Shown here piece by piece: positions 57,856 to 64,000 of a DNA stretch of 64,000 bases. The stretch's first letter is position 1; each line of letters starts with the position of its first letter. The notes below the pieces were generated by a model. That model saw only the letters and a list, made by a program, of their open reading frames with translations, had not been told where the DNA came from and made no database searches. Source of the DNA: Nanobdellota archaeon (GTDB taxonomy: Archaea; Nanobdellota; Nanobdellia; Woesearchaeales; WJKV01); NCBI GenBank assembly GCA_023133595.1, contig JAGLWF010000003.1, positions 44,369 through 108,368 on the forward strand, read 5' to 3'. The translations under genes and the position numbers were made by a program.

Positions 57856-58602
57856 ATGATTAGAAATAGCTTTATTTTCCTGAAGAACATACGAGAGCAG
57901 ATGGAGAAGAACCTCTGGGAAGTTGGAATACATACCTGGTCTGATTTTCTGGATGCTAAGGATGTGCCAGGTATTTCGAAACAAAAGAAATATTTCTACG
58001 ATGCTCAACTGGAAAAAGCGCAGAAAAATCTGGAAGTAGAGAATATGGCATATTTTGCAGCACAACTCCCTTCTGTCTATCACTGGCGATTGTATGATCA
58101 TTTCAAGGAGGAAATTGTTTACTTAGATATTGAAACTGGAAGCAGGAATGATAATATCACTGTGATTGGTTTATCTGATGGTGTTGATACAAAAATTATG
58201 CTGAAAGGGCAGAATATGCACAGAGAAATTCTCTTGGATGAGCTAAGCAAACATAAGATTCTTGTAACTTTCAATGGCGGAACATTTGATGTTCCGATTC
58301 TGCAGAAATATTTTGGTTTCAAACTAGAGATGCCGCACATAGATCTCAGGCATGTATGTGCAAAGATTGGTTTGAACGGTGGTCTGAAAGAAATAGAGAA
58401 AAAATTGGGCATTAACAGGCCAGAAGAACTGGAATGTCTTAGAGGGCATAATGCTGTTGAACTGTGGAAGATGTGGTGTGTCACGCACGAAGAACGTTTC
58501 TTGGATCTATTGATAAAATACAATGAAGAAGATATCTTAAACTTAAAACCAATCGCAGATCACGCAATAAACGAATTATGGAAGAGAACTAAAGGTTTTT
58601 AA
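57856..58602 (+). CDS. RNase-H-fold predicted 3'-5' exonuclease (YprB / PolB-exonuclease-like)
   Basis: Exo motif I-like YLDIETGS, later FNGGTFDVP and YNEEDI (DEDD-type acidic residues). Confidence 0.5.
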   Translation: MIRNSFIFLKNIREQMEKNLWEVGIHTWSDFLDAKDVPGISKQKKYFYDAQLEKAQKNLEVENMAYFAAQLPSVYHWRLYDHFKEEIVYLDIETGSRNDNITVIGLSDGVDTKIMLKGQNMHREILLDELSKHKILVTFNGGTFDVPILQKYFGFKLEMPHIDLRHVCAKIGLNGGLKEIEKKLGINRPEELECLRGHNAVELWKMWCVTHEERFLDLLIKYNEEDILNLKPIADHAINELWKRTKGF

Positions 58603-59191
58603 CTTTAATAGTTTTCACAGTATCTTCTATGATCTTGACAACATCGATTTTTGCCTCCTGCTCTTCTATTCTCTCTGGAGTGCATTTTGTAACTGGATGT
58701 TTTGGAACAAAATCACAACAAGAAGACGGTTCCTTTGAAATATCAAAAGTTCCAATATCTTTTGCAATATCTACTATTTCTGTCTTATCCAAGCCAAGCA
58801 GGGGACGAACTACTTTTATCTTAACAGCAGTGTCTATTGTTTTTATATTATCCAAAGTCTGGCTTGCGACCTGTCCAAGATTTTCTCCAGTTATCAAGAA
58901 TTCACATCCTTCTTTTTCAGCGATCTTCTCTGCAATACAATGCATCAGACGCTTGCAATAGATACACACATACCTCTTATCTGCTTTTTCCATGAACTCT
59001 GTAAGCGAAGGAGCATGAGGGACGATATATATTTTCTTTATCCTGACTTTCTTTGCCAATCTCTCAGCAAGCTCTAATTGTTTCTCATTAGTATAGAAGT
59101 GCAGCCCAATTACTTCTACTTTTTTCTCCTGTATCAAATGTCCAGCCACAATCGAGTCATGGCCGCCTGATAACAATAATAGACCTTTCAT
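58589..59191 (-). CDS. Stand-alone ThiI-type PP-loop ATPase domain (tRNA 4-thiouridine synthase catalytic half) without THUMP/ferredoxin-like N-terminal domains
   Basis: PP-loop LLLSGGHDS, ITGENLGQVASQTLDN, VVRPLLGLDKTEI and the ThiI persulfide-Cys context SSCCDFVPKHPVTKCTP; only 200 aa. Confidence 0.75.
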   Translation of the reverse strand: MKGLLLLSGGHDSIVAGHLIQEKKVEVIGLHFYTNEKQLELAERLAKKVRIKKIYIVPHAPSLTEFMEKADKRYVCIYCKRLMHCIAEKIAEKEGCEFLITGENLGQVASQTLDNIKTIDTAVKIKVVRPLLGLDKTEIVDIAKDIGTFDISKEPSSCCDFVPKHPVTKCTPERIEEQEAKIDVVKIIEDTVKTIKVKNL

Positions 59192-59838
59192 TTTTTCTTG
59201 AAATACATATAATTTATTCTAGCAATCATGAAGCTGACAAATGAATTGAAATAACCTTTTTTCTTGAACTTTCGCTCAGAAGGTCTTATCCAAGCTCTTG
59301 TTATGAACTTGAACATCCCTTTCCCTTTCAATCTTTGTGCAAGATCTGTATCTTCATATCTTTTCAGATCTGGATGGTAACCGCCAGATCTTCTGAACAT
59401 GTCTTTTGTCATGAAACAATTGCCGTGGAAGATGCGATCCTTTCTGCTGGCCTTGTTTGCTAGCTTCACAATCAAACCATACCAGAAGTTCTTTGTCTCT
59501 GGTATCTGTTTGGCACAGCCGTATGCATAACCTTCTTCGACAGCTTTCAAGACTTCTGCCAGGTAATTTTCTGACACAACAGTATCAGCATCATTGAAAA
59601 CTAAGATATTGCTCTTAGTTTTTTTCGCACCTGTGTTTCTCGCACGAGAAACATTAGCGACTTTCAGTGAATATACATCTGCACCAGCCCATTTAGCAAC
59701 TTTTTCAGTGCTGTCAGTACAACCGTTCAGGATAATGATTATTTCTTTGTTTGATGGGGGACATCTCTTTATCGCTTTTATAGTCTTCCCAATAATAGCT
59801 TCTTCATTATGTACTGGGATTATAACAGATAATTTCAT
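59188..59838 (-). CDS. Family 2 glycosyltransferase
   Basis: LSVIIPVHNEE, DxD region FNDADT; 4-nt overlap with the downstream gene. Confidence 0.72.
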   Translation of the reverse strand: MKLSVIIPVHNEEAIIGKTIKAIKRCPPSNKEIIIILNGCTDSTEKVAKWAGADVYSLKVANVSRARNTGAKKTKSNILVFNDADTVVSENYLAEVLKAVEEGYAYGCAKQIPETKNFWYGLIVKLANKASRKDRIFHGNCFMTKDMFRRSGGYHPDLKRYEDTDLAQRLKGKGMFKFITRAWIRPSERKFKKKGYFNSFVSFMIARINYMYFKKK

Positions 59839-60099
59839 CTTAGCAAGCAGGACAATCTGGATCTTTATTAACTTTTATCTTTTTGAAATCATTATCCCAA
59901 AGATCTATGTATATCAAATCTTTACAATATTCCTTATCCAGCAAGATTTTGAGTGCTTCTGTTGTCTGGATCGAAGCAATCGTATATGTCATACTATTAA
60001 TAATGCCAATCTGATTGCATGTTTCTGTTTCTCGTATCTCAGGCTCCTACTTGTAGAGAAGTTATTTAAAAAGCTTTTTCAAAAGAATAGAAAAAAATA

Positions 60100-60750
60100 T
60101 CATTTCAAGGTTTTTTCGATAAATTCAAACTGGTCTTCAAATATATGGGCGGAACAGCTGAATGTGGTGATCTCTCCAATCTGAAGGTTTAATTTCTGTG
60201 CGACGTATTTCTGGATTACGTACAAATGATAAATATTAGCTGGCCAACCAAAGAACATATCATTGCTTCTGATAATGGCGGTGGTGTTCAATTTTTTCTT
60301 ATCTATAATCTTGAATAAGATATTGGTTATGCCTGGACTGGCTTTCTTTGCAAATGTGCTGTCTAGCAGATTGTCCCAGAAGTTTACTATTGCTTTTCTG
60401 CTCCACCATTCTTTCTTCAGAAGAGGAATCACAAAATCGTCCAGCTGATTTAATTTACCATTAAAATTAAACAAGCGAGGGCCATAACTGTAAGAGAATT
60501 TACTGTTGATATGATCTGGGGATAATATACTATTGGCAATCTTATCCAGAGGAGGATATCTCCATTTCTCGAAACTGTTCAGTATTTCAATTGGTTTTGT
60601 AATATCTTTCTCAGGGTTCTTGATTGATACTATAAAGTTCAGGATTTCCCTACACTTTCTATTATCTTCATCAACATAATTGTTACCTTTTTCATAAATC
60701 TCTTTCAGCAATTTTTTCCAGGTATCCAAAGTTGATTCGCTTTCGATCAT
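60100..60750 (-). CDS. Thymidylate-synthase (ThyA)-fold protein lacking the canonical nucleophile Cys (PCH becomes PGI)
   Basis: Alignable from memory to ThyA across SRKAIVNFWD (~SRRIIVSAWN), IIRSNDMFFGWPANIYHLYV (~[20 protein letters not shown]) and SAHIF (~DTHLY), but the PCH site reads ASPGITN. Confidence 0.6.
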   Translation of the reverse strand: MIESESTLDTWKKLLKEIYEKGNNYVDEDNRKCREILNFIVSIKNPEKDITKPIEILNSFEKWRYPPLDKIANSILSPDHINSKFSYSYGPRLFNFNGKLNQLDDFVIPLLKKEWWSRKAIVNFWDNLLDSTFAKKASPGITNILFKIIDKKKLNTTAIIRSNDMFFGWPANIYHLYVIQKYVAQKLNLQIGEITTFSCSAHIFEDQFEFIEKTLK

Positions 60751-60752
60751 TT

Positions 60753-62357
60753 TTACATAAACTTGTCTAGTGTTATATTCTTATCTTTTGTCTCACCAAA
60801 ATTATATTTGAAAAAAGGCAGTTTGAAATGATTAAAAATATACTGGATCTCGTTCTTTAGCGCGGCAGTGTCAATTATCCCAATCTTATAGAATGACATA
60901 ATATCTCCTCCATCCATCAATTCAAACAATTTTTCTTTAACAGCCAATGTGGCTTTGTTATTTTGTAGATCAGTGATATTCCTTACTTTGAACTTTAGAA
61001 AATTGGATTTTGTCATGAAAGACTGCACAGCGTCTTTATGCGCACTAGAAAGCGAAATCTTTATTCTTGTAGGCATTCCGCAGCATTTGTATACTATTTC
61101 TTGATATCTACTGAAATCTTTCACCATTTTATAGCCTGATTCCATATACTCTGATAAAAAATCTTGGTCAAAATTTGGACTTTTCCAGCCATAATTCCAC
61201 AATCTTATCAGATTCCTGCTAAAGATGAGAAAGTCTCCCTTTTCTTTATCTAGCTTGAACAGTTCTGGAAATAAGTGTCTAGATTGCATTCTTTGGACAT
61301 CATTGCTTTCGTTGAATGTAAACATCAACTTTTTGACGATATTTTCAAACGATTCTAGATTCCTCTTTTTTTTCTCGAACAATTTGGTTATATCCAAGAA
61401 AAGAGTGGCTTGTGCTAGCACAAACCCATACAATTTATCTTTGAACTCATTCTTGTAATGCTTCCAGTCTTTTTCATCAATTGTGTACGGACCGACTTTT
61501 CCAATGAAATAAGGAACAGTAGAAACTTCGTTGTTTTTTATATATAATTCTTTGGTACTTGCTGATATCATTTCTATAATATTCTCAAACAAGCTGGTTT
61601 TGATATCCTCTTTTGACATATTAAAAACCAGGAGAGTCCTGATATCATCTAGTTTCAAATATTGTTTTAATACCTCAAGAAACTTATCATTGTTTATGAT
61701 ATTCTTTACTGTCACACTACAACAGGCTACCTTGTCAAAATCTATACATTTGCTATTTATTTTTTTCAGGAAACGTACAACATCTTCAATATCATGCTTA
61801 GAAACAAGTGTCTCGAAATTATTTAAGCAAATACAATCGTTTATGTTTGGAAAACAAATATCCACCATCTCTGTGATTTCTCTGTTATTGTCAAACATAT
61901 TTGCTTCAAGGAATATGCTGTCTACCTTACTAAGCCAGTCTTTGCCATACTTGGCGACAATGTCTTGCTTTTCATAATCTCCTATGGGGAATAAGGGCAA
62001 TTTCGGCTTTGAAATGGAAATCTCTTGATCTGTTCGTACATTCCCATCTATGATTATTTTTTTCCCATTTTCTATACCCAGAATGAAGTATTTCTGCCCT
62101 TTTGGGCTGATCTTGCTGACTTTTAGCAGGCCAGATTCCACTAATTTGTTCAGGTGATATAAGAGCTGTCTGTGCAGTTTCTTTTTTTGTGATTTTGCCT
62201 GTTTTATTGAATCACGGCTACTATATTTATCTTTCAGAATCTCTTGAATGCACTCAAATTGCTCTTTCTGGACAATACTGCTTAATTCAGTTGTACTTAG
62301 CTCTCTGTATGGCTCTCTCTGGAAAATCTTAAGTATATCGTATTCTGGATTTCCCAA
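60753..62357 (-). CDS. Hypothetical 534-aa protein with an N-terminal winged-helix-like region
   Basis: ORF; N-terminal ...LSTTELSSIV...LLYHLNKLVESGLLKV resembles a wHTH. Confidence 0.4.
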   Translation of the reverse strand: MGNPEYDILKIFQREPYRELSTTELSSIVQKEQFECIQEILKDKYSSRDSIKQAKSQKKKLHRQLLYHLNKLVESGLLKVSKISPKGQKYFILGIENGKKIIIDGNVRTDQEISISKPKLPLFPIGDYEKQDIVAKYGKDWLSKVDSIFLEANMFDNNREITEMVDICFPNINDCICLNNFETLVSKHDIEDVVRFLKKINSKCIDFDKVACCSVTVKNIINNDKFLEVLKQYLKLDDIRTLLVFNMSKEDIKTSLFENIIEMISASTKELYIKNNEVSTVPYFIGKVGPYTIDEKDWKHYKNEFKDKLYGFVLAQATLFLDITKLFEKKKRNLESFENIVKKLMFTFNESNDVQRMQSRHLFPELFKLDKEKGDFLIFSRNLIRLWNYGWKSPNFDQDFLSEYMESGYKMVKDFSRYQEIVYKCCGMPTRIKISLSSAHKDAVQSFMTKSNFLKFKVRNITDLQNNKATLAVKEKLFELMDGGDIMSFYKIGIIDTAALKNEIQYIFNHFKLPFFKYNFGETKDKNITLDKFM

Positions 62358-62377
62358 TTTACCCTCCTTACTACTTA

Positions 62378-63016
62378 GTGATAAAACAAATATTTAAATC
62401 TTCCGAATTGGTTCAGAAATCCCTGAACCAAACAAAAGATTACCTTTCTCCATTTTTAAATATAAAATCAGCTACTATTAACTCTATGAGTGGGGTAGTT
62501 TGGGCTGATAAACAAAAAAAGAAGAAAGATCCTGTCAGTGTTTCTGATCTTCTGATCTTGATGAATCTTAGGACTGATGCAAGACAGGAACTTTCTGAAC
62601 TGTACAAGAATACAGGAATACCTATCTCGACATTATTTGACAAATTAGGAATCTTCAAGAATAATAACATCATTGATAGATTCACAGTCCTTCTGGATTT
62701 TGAAAAACTGGGTTTTGCTGTAAGAGCCAATCTGATAATCCATGCTGACCCAAAAGAATCTGAACAACTAGGACGATTTCTAAATGCGTATGGAAATGTA
62801 AACAATCTCTGGAAAATCAACCACGGTCATGACTATATGGCTGAAATCATCCTCAAAAATATGAGCGATATCAATTCATTCACAGAACAACTGATAAAAA
62901 AATTCAAAACTGTGAAAATTCAATCATACTATATTGTCCAAGATGTAAAACGTGAAGGATTTTTGAATGATAATTTCTCAAAAGAACAACTTTTCCGGAA
63001 ATTTTCCGGATTTTGA
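62378..63016 (+). CDS. Possible Lrp/AsnC-like regulator
   Basis: HTH-like segment RQELSELYKNTGIPISTLFDKLGIFKNNNII followed by a RAM-like region; weak. Confidence 0.35.
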   Translation: MIKQIFKSSELVQKSLNQTKDYLSPFLNIKSATINSMSGVVWADKQKKKKDPVSVSDLLILMNLRTDARQELSELYKNTGIPISTLFDKLGIFKNNNIIDRFTVLLDFEKLGFAVRANLIIHADPKESEQLGRFLNAYGNVNNLWKINHGHDYMAEIILKNMSDINSFTEQLIKKFKTVKIQSYYIVQDVKREGFLNDNFSKEQLFRKFSGF

Positions 63017-63198
63017 GGAGTCAAAGATAAAAATGAATGAAAAGAAGTAGATTAGAGGAGAAATATGGTTTTCAAAAAATTAGCTACTAAAGTATTGGAA
63101 AAGCTGGGGTTTATATATTAAGAAATTTATTATACTGTGACTAAAAATCTCTTGATTGAGAACGCATCTTTTAATCCTATTATGATTGAGTGACTGAT

Positions 63199-63891
63199 TT
63201 ACTCTGTTTTAAGCAATCCAATAATGTGTGGATAAATTATCTTGCTCCAGTTCTCGAATTTGTCTTGAATTTCTCTGCCTTCTGGATTCTGGAGATGCGA
63301 AACTGGCATAAGTTCTCCTTTTAGTTCGTCTGCTTCTTTTATTGAAATGTCTGGGCTATTGCCTTGGGTCCAGAATACAACACCGAAATGTACTTGACCA
63401 ACACTATTACTCTCATCATTGATATATCCTATAATCCTGACATTGCGAGGATGTTCGTAATGAACTTCTTCTGTGAACTCACGGCGCATACCACTCCATA
63501 ATGGAGTTGATTGATCAGCTTGATCTTCAGCTAAGATTTTCCATAAATCTAGGGATTGATCATTATTCTTATCTGTTGGGTTTATATGACCGCCAATCCC
63601 AATAGAAAAATTGCCGTGCAGTCTTTTCTCTCCTGCTTTAAGCAAACGCTTCATTATAAAAAGCTGTGGATCTCCTGGTGCAGCATACGAAAATACGCAA
63701 TAAGGAATTATTTGTTTTTTTGACGGATCCTTTTCTGCACCAGACCTCTCTACGAATATGGCGTGCTCACGCATTGCTTGTTTAAACATATTTCCAGCTT
63801 CTTCAGCAGTTTGAAAACCTTCAAAGAAAGCTCTATTTTCAATTCCAAATAATTTTTCTCTATCCACAATCAGTATTTGTTCTTCAGGCAT
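63199..63891 (-). CDS. Nudix-family hydrolase
   Basis: Nudix-box-like GMRREFTEEV. Confidence 0.5.
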   Translation of the reverse strand: MPEEQILIVDREKLFGIENRAFFEGFQTAEEAGNMFKQAMREHAIFVERSGAEKDPSKKQIIPYCVFSYAAPGDPQLFIMKRLLKAGEKRLHGNFSIGIGGHINPTDKNNDQSLDLWKILAEDQADQSTPLWSGMRREFTEEVHYEHPRNVRIIGYINDESNSVGQVHFGVVFWTQGNSPDISIKEADELKGELMPVSHLQNPEGREIQDKFENWSKIIYPHIIGLLKTE

Positions 63892-64000
63892 GTATGCTTC
63901 CCCCCAATCAAAGGAGAATTTTAATGATTATATAAACTTAATCTTGTAAATTCCGAAGAATATCCGACTATTGGTTTCGAATATTTAAAGCTTAAAAACC

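Noticed and set aside
1-64000. CRISPR arrays, rRNA genes, integrases, transposases or an obvious foreign-GC island
   Set aside because: No regularly spaced direct repeats with unique spacers, no rRNA-like conserved blocks and no integrase or transposase motifs were seen. Composition looks uniform by eye.

Overview
The window reads as an AT-rich archaeal chromosome segment. The clearest markers are MCM, TBP, RadA, RPA, an aRNase J-like beta-CASP nuclease, RNase Z, a LAGLIDADG endonuclease and a tRNA carrying a ~30-nt insertion. Short, compact genes and a giant cysteine-rich surface protein suggest a DPANN-like lineage, but that is a guess. Housekeeping content: a TBP-MCM-OB-fold operon; a sulfur-mobilisation/tRNA-thiolation operon (HTH regulator, IscS, IscU, a ThiI-like THUMP protein with a degenerate PP-loop, a ThiS/TtuB-like GG-terminal carrier, TtuA/NcsA); pyrE-pyrF; HDAC-like, PHP, PAPS-reductase-like and sulfatase-like genes; HAD hydrolases; a free-standing ThiI PP-loop domain; a GT2 glycosyltransferase; a ThyA-fold protein lacking the catalytic Cys; and a Nudix hydrolase. 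The standout region is ~8.7-33.9 kb: a 1194-aa Cys-rich secreted protein, a 455-aa protein with a class III (prepilin-type) signal peptide, a 3570-aa giant surface protein (CarbopepD-like domains, Cys-rich modules, a thrombospondin-type-3 Ca-binding repeat field, one C-terminal TM helix and a ~180-aa polybasic cytoplasmic tail), then a tightly coupled run of at least 15 consecutive same-strand ORFs that all start with a class III signal peptide motif ([KR][GA] then a ~20-aa hydrophobic stretch). Two of those are tiny ORFs absent from the ORF track. No assembly ATPase, PilC/FlaJ-like platform or prepilin peptidase is visible in the window. Other points worth checking: a 16-bp motif shared at the same spacing upstream of the TATA boxes of radA and a PolB-exo-like nuclease gene; a 12-bp tandem direct repeat overlapping the start of the HTH regulator gene; and a tRNA / LAGLIDADG ORF / imperfect tRNA-3'-half repeat arrangement.
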